Positions 13,100 through 27,899 of a stretch of 64,000 bases of DNA are shown piece after piece (within the stretch, counting starts at the first letter, position 1; each line of letters begins with the position of its first letter). The translations under genes and the position numbers were made by a program. The notes under the pieces are model-generated. The model worked only from the letters and a program-made list of their open reading frames with translations. It made no database searches and was not told the DNA's origin. The DNA is from the human T2T-CHM13v2.0 reference genome, Homo sapiens, in assembly GCF_009914755.1 (NCBI RefSeq), contig NC_060948.1, one strand, 5' to 3'.

Positions 13100-14460
13100 A
13101 TCACAGTGAATTCTGACCTTAAGATGAACAACGTATTAAAAGTAACAGACAAGTATTTAAAAATGTCTATTAAGACTATCCTTAGTGAAGCAAAACAAAA
13201 TATTTTTTGACATATAAAAACCTTAGCAAAAAACTAGTCTTAGCAGAGCAATCACTTGAAATAAAAAAGTAGTTATAAGTTAGCATACTAATAGAGAAAA
13301 GAGAATTCCATAAATTGCTCAATTAAAACAAGAGAAGCCAGAAAATAAATGAAAAATTAAATAAATACATAAATGGACAATAAATAGAAAACATATAGAT
13401 AATTCAACTATACCAATAATTACTTTAAATGTTAAAGGTCTAAATGCACCAATTAAAGAACAGAAAATGTCAGATTTAATAAAGAAAAAATGACCAGCAT
13501 ATATATTGCCTACAAGAAATCCACTTGAAATATGAAAACAGATAAATTGAAAGTTAAAAAATTGAGAAAGATATACAATGCTGAAATACTCACAGGAAAT
13601 ATGGAGTAGTTATAATAACAAAGCAGGCTTCAGTGCATGGAAAATTATCAGCGATAATGTGGGGCATTACATAAACAGATCAATCTTCCAAGAAGACATG
13701 ATAATCCTCAATGTGTATGCACCTAAGAAAAATGTGTCAAAACACATAAGATCAAACTGGTAGAACTGCAAGGTGAAATAGAAAAAATCATTATTGTATG
13801 TGGAGACACAAACACAAAATCAGTGGAACACAGAAATAGACACTTCTTTGATCAGAACAACACTATAGTTACTTGGATTTAGTTGATATTTAAATAGCAT
13901 ACATCTGGTAAGTATGGTATATATTATTTCTAAGTACACGTGTTTTATTTTATTAGTATAGATCATATACTGGCAATGAAACAAGGATCAATAAATGTAA
14001 AAAGATTAAAATCTGAAAGAGTCTATTATTTTGCCAAAATGAAATAAATTAGAAATGAATTATAATATAAAAAGAAAAACTGCAATTATTTGAAAATTAA
14101 AGAACACAATTTTAAATAATCTCTGGGTGAAAGAATAAATCAAACAAATAAATTAGGAAGTATTTTGAAATGACAAAATCATAATAAAATGTATTTAAAA
14201 TTTGTGGAATGCAACTAAAACAGCACTTGTTAGGAATTTTCTAGCTTTAAATGCCTATATAAGAAAAGAATAATAATAAAAGTATTAAAAACCAGTGATC
14301 TAAAATTCCACCTTGAAAAATTAGAAAAGAATCACAAATTAAACAAACAAAAAAGAATATTAAAAAGGGGCATAGATCAATGAACTAGAAAACAAGCAAA
14401 AGCAATACAGAAAACCAATGAAACCAAAAGATGGTTCCTTTAAAAATGAATTAAATTTAT
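13100..14460 (+). mobile_element. Old L1 fragment, ORF2 endonuclease region
   Basis: Translation 'IFQEDMIILNVYAP' (ORF 13578..13763) and 'ttactttaaatgttaaaggtctaaatgcaccaattaaa' (TLNVNGLN-like). Confidence 0.8.
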
Positions 14461-16340
14461 ATCTCCTCAATATCAGAAAATATTGATTTTTCTGTTATTT
14501 TCTCTCTAGGTGAAACTTTATGTCCTATTTTCCTTTCACTTCACTATAATCCCTTGGGTAAGTGAGTAAGGGTGTAAGAAAAATACTGGCTTTAAAAAAC
14601 TTAAAATATAAAATATTTCAGAAATATTATGCTCGTTGAACTAGTATTTGCTTGTGTAAGTACAGAAAATGATACATACCAAAAAGTTAATTTTAGTAAT
14701 CTTGGCAGGAGAGCATTGGAAGTTAGAGAAGCTATTGGCACCGCTAGTATATGACCTTTATACATCTCTTTATGTTTTCAATGGCTACAACAAGCATACA
14801 GTACTTTCATAGTTTAAAAGTATAAAATTAAATACATATATGCATATATTCTAATTTTATAGTTTAATGCGTTAACATTAAACATAATAATTAGACTTTA
14901 AGGAAGCTTAAGCTATGAAGATTAAAATGTTAAAGATTAATGATCACATGAAAAAATATCTGAGTGAAAACTATTATGTGAAAGTCATCAAAACAAATAG
15001 ACAATAAATTATTATGCTATTTTCTTAAAATACTTTTTATCTGTGACTCTCAGATTTAAAAAAAGCAGGAAATAGTCATTTGAATTTTAACTTAGTTAAC
15101 CTAAAATTTCTCTTGGGATAAATTGTAAATGAACTGTGGCTGTTTTAACTGTAAATAAAACAAAAGACATTTATAAATCTAAGTTTTTTTCTAATTAAAT
15201 GACAATAGAAGATACAGTAAAAAGATAAATTATAAAATACTATATTAGTTGGACAAACCAGGTTTTGTTAAAATAGATGTAAATATTTATCAAATATCAT
15301 AAGCTAAAAAAGGAATGATAATATTAAAACTGGAGAAAACTAGTATATATAAAATGTTGATTAATATTTTTAAGAAAAAAAGTTGCCTAATTTCTCTGAC
15401 TTTTCCTTTTTTAGACTCCAACTTGTGTCAGCTAGAATACATAGCTGACCCTCATCCAGTTGAAATTGTTTGCTAAGCATGAGAGCATATTGCATCTTTG
15501 AAGGTTGAATTTTTGTTTCTGCAAGGAAACACAACTTTTAGTTTGACATTCTTATTCTAAAAACACAATTTATTCAATAACAATATCAAGGTTGGTAATT
15601 TAACCACCATGCTTTTCTTTACTACATAGTTTTTTTTTGCTTTACAAACATTGAAGTATTTTACAAACATTAAGTATGTTAAAAACAAACACCCAGTATA
15701 TAACCTACTTTTTATATTGTCTTTTGGAGAATTTGTATGCATGGCTGGAAAGGTTGCAATTCTTCATGTATATATTTAGTGAAGTTTGGTATGCATTTGT
15801 ATTTTTACCCAATAGCAAATATAGGGATATTTCATAGTTCCAAGGATCTTCAAATGGCATTCAAGTTTAGAACTATATAATTTAAAAATATTATTATTTA
15901 GTGTGCAGGAATGACTGAATACTATATAATGTTAATGCTGTGGAAAGTTAAATATTTATGGAACCATTGATATCTATATTTTCCTCACTTACCAATTTAT
16001 TCAGCATGGTCTCGGGGAAGTTTCAGTTAGGCAACAGGGTTCTAGTTTTAGGGCATTGAGGTTAAGTTTTCTTAATGAAAAGAAACGTAATAAAAGTGGA
16101 AGCATACACAAAGAACTATCTAAGTTAGGAAACATCTGTACTATTTTGTGTTTCTGCTATATTTTATGTATAATTGCTTAAAATTCACCTATGAGAAAGG
16201 TATATGTTAGAACAATAAAGTGCATCTCAGGTAACCATTTCAAACTTACAAAATGTGAAGACATTTTTCAAGAAGGAAAGTGTTTAAAGTCTTGTCAATC
16301 CAGTTCTTACAAAACTAGGAAAATTATAGGAAGCATCTTA

Positions 16341-16721
16341 TTTTTTTTTTATTTTTTTATTTTTTTTTGAGACAGAGTCTCACTTTGTTGCCCAGGCTGG
16401 AGGGCAGTGGCGAGATCTCGGCTCACTGCAACTTCCTCCCCCTGTGTTTAAGTGATTCTCCTGCCTCAGCCTCCCCAGTGGCGAGATCTCGGCTCACTGC
16501 AACTTCCTCCCCCTGTGTTTAAGTGATTCTCCTGCCTCAGCCTCCCCAAGTAGCTGGGACTACGGGAGCACACCACCATGCCTGGCTAATTTTTGTATTT
16601 TTGGTAGACACGGGGTTTTCCATGTTGCCTAGGCTGGTCTCAAAATCCTGACCTCAGGTGATCTGCCCACCTCGGCCTCCCAAAGTGCTGGGATTACAGG
16701 CATTAGCCACCATGCCCAGCC
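16341..16721 (-). mobile_element. AluSx-like element with an internal 71-bp tandem duplication
   Basis: Full reverse Alu; 16405-16475 is repeated exactly at 16476-16546. Confidence 0.95.
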
Positions 16722-16912
16722 AAGCTTCTTCTATAAAACTTTTCTTGGCAGTATTATTTTTGCCTTATCAATATAAGGAACCCTGCCATTTAAATAAACA
16801 TAAAAGTAAATGAAGTCAAGAAAAATATAAATGTATTAATGGCCTTATTATTTTTAGTTCAAATAACTTTAAGTGCTTTCTTACACTAACATACACATTT
16901 ATACACATACAC

Positions 16913-17329
16913 TGTATTAGTCCATTCTCACATTACTATAAAGTAATACCTGAGACTGGGTAATTTATTTTAAGAGAAGTGGTTTAATTGGCTCATGATT
17001 CTGCAGGCTGTACAGGAAGTGTAGTGGTTTCTGCTTCTAGGGAGGCCTCAGGAAGCCTCCAATTATGGCAGAAGGCAAAGGGGCAGCAAGGCATCCCATG
17101 GCCACAGCAACAAGAGAGAGAGCGGGAAGTGGAGAGGTACTACACACTTTTAAACAACCAGATCTCGTGAGAACTCACTATCATAAGAACAGCACCAAGG
17201 GGGTGGTGCTAAACCTTTCATGAGGAACAGCTCTATGATCCAATCACTTCCCACCAAGCCCTACCTCCAACATTGAGGATTACAATTCAACCTGAGATTT
17301 GGGAGGGGACACAGATCCAAACCATATCA
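16913..17329 (-). mobile_element. Solo MaLR LTR (MSTA/MSTB-like)
   Basis: 'tgtattagtccattctc...gggacacagatccaaaccatatca'. Imperfect 5-bp TSD TACAC/TATAC. Confidence 0.9.
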
Positions 17330-18340
17330 TATACACTGGTATAGTTTACATACACACATTAACCCTACTCTGCAAATGACTTGAAAATAATGGCATCAGT
17401 GAATCTTTACATCTATACACTCTATTTCTATATACATTATAGGGAAGTATTCTCCCCTACAAAACAGTGATCAGTTTACTGATAAATGACTCCTATAACT
17501 ATTAAAGTGATTATTAATTAAAATTTTAAAAGCACTTCATATTTTCCAAATAATTCTCTAGGATTTCCCTTTCATATTCTTCTAAACCATGTTGGAAGTA
17601 GTCTTTCATTCATGTTTAACCTCTCTAGGAACAATTTAAAAAACCTCCAAAAACTAATATTTTAAGGTTATCTCAAATCACATATGCATAGAAACAGTCT
17701 TATCTCTTTGTGTAATTTTTTCTTCTATTAGGAAATGTCATTTTTTTAAAAGTGAAATTACATTCTGGATATTTTATATTACATATAGTTTAATAAGGGT
17801 CTGGTGATGTTATATATCAAATTCATCAAAAAAGAAATCTAAAAGCTTAACTTCTTAATATATTTTCCTCTCAATGTTTCATTTTTCTTTTTTTATAATC
17901 TCTCTTTTTACACATCAGATCTCACCCTTTTTCACCTTTTTCACATGGCTTTTTACGTCTTTATGTGAATAGAGTTACTGGATTATGCAAATTTTGAGTA
18001 TATGCCAACTAAGATTAAATATGTGATTGAAACTCTCTTTGAATAGACTAAGTTTTCACCAACAAAATATATCATAACTATTTTATCCACTGAGATCAAA
18101 TAGTGTATCCTTAAAATATATAGACATTTATTATTGTCTATTTACTCAGCTTTATTATAAGTATATTTTGAATGAAAACTATTTTCCATGGTGAAAGAAA
18201 TTTTATCTGCCTTGACCTCTATCAAATTCTCAGAACAGAGAACACTCATGTAATCTGTTGACATGAAAGGACAAAAGAGTAGAGAAAATAGATTCAAAAG
18301 TTCAATGAGTAGCAAAAAATATGCTTACCACTCTAAAGCA

Positions 18341-20619
18341 GCCCATTCTTATACTGCTATGAAGAAACATCTGAGACTGGGTAATTTATAAAGAAAAGAA
18401 GTTTAATTGACTCACAGTTTTGCTGGCTGGGAAGGCCTCAGGAATCTTACAATCATGGTGGAAGACACATCTTCACAGGGTGGCAGGAGAGAGAATGAGT
18501 GCTGAGTGAAGGGGGAAGCCCCTTAAAAAATCATAAGATCTCATGAGAACTCACTCACCATCATGAAAACAGCATGGGGGTAACTACCCCCATGATTGAA
18601 TTATCTCCACATGGTCCCGCCCTTGACATATGAGGATTATGACACTTCAAGGTGAGATTTGGGTGCGGAAACAGAGCCAAACCATATCACTCTGCCCCTA
18701 GCCCCTCCAAAATATCATGTCCTCACATTTGAAAACACAATCATGCCCTTCCAATAGTCCCCCCAAATCTTAATCCATTCCAGCATTAACCCAAAAGTCC
18801 AAGTCCAAAGTCTCATCTGAGACAAGGCAAGTCCCTACTGCCTATGAGCCTGTAAAATCAAAAGCAAATTAGTAACTTCCTAGATACAATGGGGGTACAG
18901 CAGTGGGATAAACACACCCATTCCAAATGGGAGAAATTGGCCTAAGCAAAGGGGTACAGGCCCCCATGGAAGTCTGAAATCCAACAAGGCAGTCAATAAA
19001 GTTCCAAAATGATCTCCTTTGACTCCATGTCTCACATCCAGTTCATGCTGATGCAAGAGGTGGGCTCTCATGACCTTGGGCAGCTCCTCCCCTGTGACTT
19101 TGCTTGGTACAGTCCCACTCGTGGCTGCTTTCACAGGCTAGCATTGAGTGTCTGCAGCTTTTCCAGGTTCATGGTGTAAACTGTTGGTGGATCTACCATT
19201 CTGGGGTCTGGAGGATGGTGGCCATCTTCTCACAGGTCCATTATGCAGTACCCCAGGGGGACTTTGTGTGGGGGCTCCAACCCCACATTTCCCTTTGCAG
19301 TGCCCTAGCAGAGGTTACCCATGAGGGCTCTGCCCCCACAGAAAACTTCTGCCTGGACATCCAGGCATTTACACACATCCTCTGAAATTTAAGCAGAGGT
19401 TCCCAAACCTCAGTTCTTGACATCTTTGCACATGCAGGCTCAACACCAAAGGAAGCTGCCAAGGCTTGAGGCTTGCATCCCCTGACGCAATGGCCTGAGT
19501 TGTACCTTGGCACCTTTTAGCCATGCTGCAGCAGATGAGACACAGCACCAAATCCTGAGGCTTCACACTGCAGGGGGAATCTGGACCTGGTCCAGGAAAT
19601 CACTTTTCCCTCCTAGGCCTCCAGGCCTGTGATGAGAGGGGCTTCCCTGAAGGTCTCTGGCATGTCCTGGAGACATTTTCCCTATTGTCTTGGCAATTAG
19701 CATTTGGCTCCTCATTACTTATGCAAATTTATGCAGCTGCCTTAAATTTCTCCCTAGTAAATAGTTTATTCTTTTCTATCACATTGTCAAACTGCAAATT
19801 TTCCAAACTTTTATGCTCTGCTTCCTCTTGAATGTTTTGCCACTTAGAAATTTATTCTGCCAGATACCCTAAATCATCTCTCTCAAGTTCAAAGTTCTAC
19901 AGATATCTAGGGTAGGGGCAAGATGCCACCAGTCTCTTTGCATAGCAGGAATGACCTTTGCTCCAGTCCCCAACAAGTTCCTCATCTCCATCTGAGACCA
20001 CCTCAGCATGGACTTCATTGTCCATATCACTATCAGCATTTTGGTCAAAGCCATTCAACAAGTCTCTAGGAAGTTTCAACCTTTCCCACATCGTCCTGTC
20101 TTCTGAGCCCTCCAAGTCTCTAGGAAGTTCCAAACTTTCCCATGTTTTCCTGTCTTCTTCTGAGCCCTCCAAACTGTTTCAACCTCTGCCTGTTACCCAG
20201 TTCTGAAGTTGCTTCGACATTTTCAGTTATCCTTATAGCAGCAACCCACTCCCTTGGTACCAATTTACTGTATTAGTCTATTCTCATGCTGCTATGAACA
20301 CCCAAGACTGAGTAATTTATAAAGAAAGGAGTTTTAATTTACTCACAATTCCACATGTCTGGGGAAGCCTCAAGAAACTTACAATCATGGCAGAAGGTAC
20401 CTCTTCACAGGGTGGCAGGAGATAGAATGAGTGCTGAGCAAAGTGGGGAGCCCTTTATAAAACCATTAGATCTCATGAGAACTCACTCACTATCATGGGA
20501 GCAGCATAGGAAACCACCCCCATGATTCAATTATCTCCACTTGGTCCTGACCTTGACACATGGGGATTATTACAATTCAAGGTGAGATTTGGGTGGGGAC
20601 ACAGAGCCAAACCATATTA
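18341..20619 (-). mobile_element. Full-length THE1 (THE1C-like) MaLR: LTR 18341-18689, internal 18690-20268, LTR 20269-20619
   Basis: Two matching ~350-bp LTRs ('ctcttcacagggtggcaggaga...gagccaaaccatat') flank a ~1.6-kb internal region with MaLR ORF remnants 'WESLELPRDL...FDQNADSDMDNEV'. Confidence 0.93.
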
Positions 20620-22008
20620 CACCCCTTTAATGCCTTCCAGTCTTCAGTAAGATGAAGACTCTTAGAGAAATACAAAGCAAACAAAACGAAACAGTCATTA
20701 TTTTTGAAGGTTCTATGGCATAAAGTGTCCTTAGGAAATATTCCGTTTTCTGTTAGAGTAAGAAGAAGGAATATAACAAAGGAGGTTAGGAATATAGGAG
20801 ATTTTAAGGATGATAAAATGTTAGTATCAAAAAGCAGAAAGATGAGGCTTCCAGAGTTAGGGAAAGGTATCAGAAAGAAACACAGTAAGAGCCATGCATA
20901 ATCTTATTGGATAAAGGTATGAGAGGTGTCCAGAGACTGGAAAACTAGGGCCTCTTACAGTGACCAGTATTAACAGAAATAAAAGTCATTATAAAGAGTC
21001 AGTTATGATGGGATTCCAGGAAGTCAATGGTGGAGAATCTGTGGATTTTGCAAATATGAAATGGTTTATTTCTTTATTTTCCTCTTTATTCATGATGACT
21101 TGGGTTAGAAGGCCAAGAGGAGACATTAATAAGGAAGGAATATTAAAATTTATTCAGGAAATATTTCTAACTCTCTTATCCCTTGATCTTATTATTTTCT
21201 ATTAGAAGCCAAATGATTCAATTACTGTTTACATATTCACTATTAACTGGTTAGCTCTTTTCAGTTTGTTAATAAAATACTAATAATAAGGGTGTGACAT
21301 AAAAATGTTTTTTCACTTATTGTCTTTGGGTTTACTCTTTTAAAATATGTAACAGCTATTTATTTAGATTATAAACTAGTGTGTTAGCTTTTTCTTTTAT
21401 TGAATATTATATTTCAATATAGTTTGGATGTTTGTCTCCTCCAAGTCTCATGTTATAATGTAATCCCCAAGGTGGGAGGTGTGGTGTGGTGGAAGGTGAT
21501 TGGATCCTGGGGGCAGATCCCTGACAAATGGCTTAGTGCCATCCCCTTGGTGATGAATGAGTACACATGAGAGCTGATTGTTTAAAAGACTCTGGCCCCG
21601 TCCTCTCACTCCCTCTCTCTCGCTATTCTTGCTATGTGACATGCCTGCTCCCACTTTGCCTTCCACCATGATTGTAAGGTTCCTGAGACCCTCAACGAAA
21701 ACAGATGCTGGAGCCATTTTGGTACAGACTGCTGAACCACGAGCTAATTAAACCTCTTCTCTTTATAAATTATGCAGTCTCAGGTATTTTTTATAGCAAT
21801 GCAAAAATGGTCGAACCCAGAAATACGGTTCTAAGGAGTGAGGCGTTGTTATAAAGATACATTAAAATGGGGAAGCAGCTTTTGAACTGAGTAATAGACA
21901 GAGGTGGGAAGAGACCAGAGGACTCAGAAGAAGACATAAAGGTGAGAAAATGTTTGGACCTTCTTAGAGACTAGTTAAATAGTTGTGACCAAAATGTTGA
22001 TAGTGGGT

Positions 22009-22280
22009 TGGGCCCGGTGGCTTACACTTGTAATCCCAGGATTTTGGGGGGCCTCAGTGGGTGGATCACTTGAGGTCAGGAATTTAAAAAAAATACAAAA
22101 AATTAGCTGCGCATGGTGGTGGGTGCCTATAATGCCAGCTACTTGGGAGGCTGAGGTAGGGGGGAATCACTTGAACCGGGGAAGTGGAGGTTTCAAGTGA
22201 GCCGAGAGTGTGCCACTGCACTCCAGCCTGGGTGACAGAGGAAAACTCTGTCTCAAAATAAAAATAAAAATAAAAATAAA
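22009..22280 (+). mobile_element. AluS with ~40-bp left-arm deletion and (TAAAAA)n tail, inside MST-int
   Basis: 'gaggtcaggaattt' joins directly to 'aaaaatacaaaaattagc'. Confidence 0.9.
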
Positions 22281-23449
22281 CACTTATAGTAATATGGACA
22301 GTGAAGTCCAGGCTAACAAGGTCTCAGATTGAAATAAGAAATTTATTGGGAACTGGAGCAAAGGTCACCCTTGTTATGTCTTAGCAAAAAACTTAGTTGC
22401 ATTGTGTTCATGACCTAGGAATCTGTGGAAGATTCAACTTAAGAGTAATAACTTAAAGTATCCAGCAGAAGTAATTTCTAAGCCACTAAGCATTCAAGAT
22501 GTGGCCTGGCTGCTTCTAACCACTTACCACAGATGTGGGAGCAAAGAAAATACTTAAAATTTGAATGCATATTTGAAAGTGATGCAGAGCATAATAGTTC
22601 ATTATATGCATGATAATCATAGTAGGGATATTTGCAGCTTAGCCATGTGGTAGAAAAAAAAGTCCATTTTCAGAGGAAGAATCCAAGTTGGCAGAGCAAT
22701 CATTTGCTAGAGGGATTTGCATGACTAAAAGAGAAGCAGGTGCTGATAGCCAAGACAATGGAAAGAAAGGCCTCAAATGCATTCCAGAAATCTATGAGGC
22801 AGCCACTTCCATCACAGGCCCAGAGGCCTAGAAGGAGAAAATGGCTTAACTGGCCAGGCCCAGGGCCCTGCTACCCTGTATCACCCCAGGAGGCTTCTCC
22901 AGCTTCAGCCTTGGCTCAAAGGGGCCCACATACAGGTCAGGCTGCAGCTCTGAAGAGTGCAAGCTACTGTAAGCCTTGGTGGTGATTTCTTGTGGTGTTA
23001 AGTCTGTGGGCACAAGGAATGCAAGAGCTAAGCTAAGGGGGCTTGGCACCTTCCCCTGAGATTTCAGAGAATATGTCAGAAAGCCTGGGTTTTCAGGCAG
23101 AAGAGTAATGCAGGGGTGGATAGCCCCCAGAAAAACTACCCAGAGCAGTGCAGAGGGGAAATATGGGATTAGAGGCTCCACACACAGTCTCCACTGGGGT
23201 ACTGCCTAGTGCAGCTGTGGGAAGGAGGCTGCCACCTTCTAGACCACAAATGGTAGAGCTACAGGCAGCTTGTATCCTGGGCCTACAAAAGCCACAGATG
23301 CTCAACTCCGACCCATGAGAGCAGCCACAAGTCTGCACCCTGAAAAGCCATAGGGACAAGGCTGTCCAAGGCTTTGGTATCCCACCCCTCAAACCAGGAT
23401 GTGGGACGTGGAGTCAAAAATTATTTTGCAGCTTTAAGATATAATGCCT

Positions 23450-23767
<318 letters not shown>

Positions 23768-25801
23768 TTAGGTTTTAGACTTGCATGGGGCCTACTACCT
23801 CTTTCTTTTGGCCAATTTCTTTATTTTAAGACAGAAATGTTTACCCAATGTGTGTACCACCATTGTTTCTTGGAAGTAAAATATTTGATTTCATAGACTC
23901 ATAGGTAAAAGGAACTCATCTCCACATGAGATCTTGGACTTTGGACTTGGTACTTGGCACATTTGATTGAGTTGATGCTGGAACAAGTTAAGACTTTGGG
24001 GAAATATTGAGAAGGGATGATTGTATTTTGCAATGTGTAAAGGACATGAGATAGGAGGGGGCAGGGATGCAATGACCTAGTTTGGATATTGTCCCCTCTA
24101 AATCATATGTTGGAGGTAGGACTTGGTGGAAGGTGATTTGATCATGCAGGTAGATCCCTCATGAATGGCTTCACACTATACCATTGGTGATGAGTGAGTT
24201 CACATGAGAAGTAACTGTTTGAAAGAGCCTGGCTTGCTCTTCTCATTCTCTGGCTCTCTTGCTCCTGCTCTCACCATGTAATGTGCCTGTTCCTGCTCTA
24301 CCTTCCACCATAATTGTAAGGTTCCTGAGGCCCTCACCAGAAGCAGATGATGGAGCCATGCTAAGACAGACTAGAAAATCATGGGCCAAGTAAACCTCTT
24401 TTCTTTATAAATCATCTAGTCTCTGGAATTTCTTTATAGCAGTCCCAACATGGTTTTAATACATTTTTCTAAAATTTTAAACTGCTAACTGAGTTATTTA
24501 AGGCATACTATATTATGCCTCAAATAAACATTTATCATGACAAGGGAATTCTCCAACCATCTTTTTAATGTATTATCTTTTTCCTTTACATCATTTCAAT
24601 GCTTTCTTGAGGAAATAAAATGTATTTCTTGTGGTAAGCTTAAATGAATTACAGAAAGCTTCAAACTTGTCAGAAATTTATTTTCTTCCTATAACTTTAA
24701 AAAAATTTGTGTATTTTCCCTTTGGACTTAAAATAAGAAGCAAGGATGAAACAAAATAAAGCAACATAATAAAAAAGAAACAAATATATCATTTAAGCTC
24801 CTTAAATACATTTGAATTTCTGGAAGTTCAGGAAGCCTGAGTTTTTACTAAGTTGCTGAATCACAATGTAATATTGTAAATAAAATCATACAAAATGTTC
24901 TTTCTTTCTTACAGAAGGATTGAATCAGTGAAACAGGATTACAAATTTATGTTTCTTAAAATTTCATTGCTCTTGAACAGCATATCCTATTACTACAGAA
25001 TAAACTAGACATTTTGTTTATTTTTTGTTAGAACACATTTAGAATTAGGAAATCATGAATACATTAACATGCAAGTCAAAAGAAGGAAAGTTTAAGCTCC
25101 AGATTTTAGACAGTCTTGTTGATTTTGTGAATTCAAATAAATACATTTTATTTGTTTTTCTAGACATCCAGAAGAGCAAATACATTACATACACATTTCC
25201 CTTGCAATTTAAAGTTGAAAAGTTGCTTCTAGCTTTCTGTGCACTACACACATTGCCACAGATCTTAGACAAACCTGTCACCAGGTACTAGTGCAGAAAA
25301 AACATTGTTATTATTTTTTAGATTGAAATGATTATGTCTTGTAGGTAACACCATTATTGGATCTAAAATTCAGAGGTAATTATGACATTAGGTAAAGTGG
25401 TTGCTTTCTAATTACATAGTATTGATTCTAAGGGTCCTAATATATTAATACTTTGGTTTAAATATGTATTGGACTTGGAAACTTTACTATAAACTATTTA
25501 GCCATTAAGCCATTTTAAAAAATAATTTTAAGCTTTCTCAACAAAATTTTTCAAGTATGGTGTATATTTACGTGCAATGAAAATAGTGATACTGTATTTT
25601 ATGATAGCTATAACAGTAAGTAATCTTGATGACCTTTTTTTTTGTGTTTAAGTACCTATATTCCAAGCATACAAGACATATTTTTAGTAAAGACAAGAAA
25701 GCATCAACCTATTTTGGATCACATTTTGAGTCCCATGTGTTTCCCTGACAAAAACCTCACTTTTTTCATATTTGGAACTTTATTATTATATATGTATACA
25801 T

Positions 25802-26163
25802 TGATGTGGTTTGGCTGTGTCCCCACCCAAATCTCATTTTGAATTGTAGTTCCCATCATTCCCATGTGCCATGGAAGGGACCTGGTGGGAGGTAATTGAA
25901 TCATGGGGGTGGATTTTTCTCATACTGTTCTCGTGATAGTGAATAAGTCTCACCAGATCTGATGGTTTTATCAAGAGGAGTTCCCCTACACAAGTTCTCC
26001 TGCCTGCCACCATGTAAGACATGACTTTGCTCCTCATTCACCTTTAGCCATGATTTTGAGGCCTCCCCGACCATGTGGCTGTGAGTCAATTAAACCCTTT
26101 TCCTTTATAAATTACCCAGTCTCGAGTATGTCTTTACTAGCAGCATGAGAACAGACTAATACA
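25802..26163 (+). mobile_element. Solo THE1 LTR (THE1B/D-like)
   Basis: 'tgatgtggtttggctgtgtccccacccaaatctca...gaacagactaataCA'. Exact 5-bp TSD TACAT. Confidence 0.93.
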
Positions 26164-26255
26164 TACATATAATTATTTTGTAACTTTTAAATATACAAAT
26201 TTGTAGTTATGTTTTATTTGTCATTCCTAATGTGGTCTTCTACTTGTGTCAATAC

Positions 26256-26256
<1 letters not shown>

Positions 26257-26304
<48 letters not shown>
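26257..26304 (+). repeat. (GATA)12 tetranucleotide microsatellite
   Basis: Perfect GATA array. Confidence 0.97.
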
Positions 26305-26499
26305 TGTATGTCTTTTCTATGAGACATACCTCATTTTTTGGACTTGAGTTTTATTTTTTTAAATTATGCAGCTGATATGACTTTATTTAGTTAGATTATA
26401 GGCCATTCTTTTTGTAACATTTCAATTTAATTGATTTTGCTTTTACTCTCCCTTAATTCTATCCTTCACTTCCACACACGTTATCTGGCTTGTTTTTAG

Positions 26500-26838
<339 letters not shown>

Positions 26839-27899
26839 TACATTTATTTGAAGTCAAATAGAACTGTTTAAACGTATTTGTCTATAGCTTATTGGTTTAA
26901 TTTTTTTTGAATTATACTGATGAGGAAAAAAGTGCTTTGGGGGATATCAGAATGACTTTAGTTTTGATTGTATAGCTATGGATGGTTGTAATCATAGCCT
27001 TGGGGTATCTGAACTGTGGCCTCTGTTATTGTTTTTATTTTATTTTTAATATTGTGTTTATATTGTACCTTTTTGAAATATATAGTAGTGTAAGAAGTGA
27101 GATACAGGTAAACAGTATAGTTTTCCAAGTAATATTCTTTTTCCTAAGCATGATTTATCAAATAAGCTATCTTTCTCATGCCTATTGAAAATGTCACTTT
27201 TATGTTATTCAAAATCCCCTAGTGGATTTTAGGCCTATTATGACTTCTCTAGTCTATTCCACTGAACTAATTTATATTTATAACTCAGTACCCATATTTT
27301 TATTATTAGAGATTAACAGTTGTTTTTAATATGCACTAGAGCTATTCCTTCTTATTACACATAATTTTCAGAGACTTTTTTGGCCAAATCTGAACATGTT
27401 TCATATATTAGATTTATTTTTTTAATATCCAAGCTGATTAAAATCACTAAAGGTACAAAGCAAATTTTTAGAGCAACACTGGTATTTTCTTGTTTATTTC
27501 TATAGGAGTTCAATGAGCTTTTTTTGGCTTTTTAAATCATATCATTATAATTATGAATATACAATTTTATACATTTAAAGTATTTTAGTCTACTACATAT
27601 TTTATTCTGTTTGTGACTAATAGAAGCCCTCTTATGTAGACAGCTTTTTGTGCTGTCTACATATGTATGTTGCTGGTTTAACATGATACATTACTGCATG
27701 ACAGTTTTCATACATTCTAACACAAAAAGAAATACAATGTTAATCTTATACTTTTCTTGCCAAAGTGCTGAAAGAAAACATTGCTTTATGTTTGTGTTTT
27801 TTATAGGGATATATTTATTAGCTCTAGTTTCTTTCATATGGATATATAATTAAAAGTATATTATTAAATTATTATTATTAATTATATATATACACACAC

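Noticed and set aside
18880-20206. Novel protein-coding cluster from overlapping 60-90 aa ORFs
   Set aside because: All lie within THE1 internal sequence and are typical MaLR-int translations.
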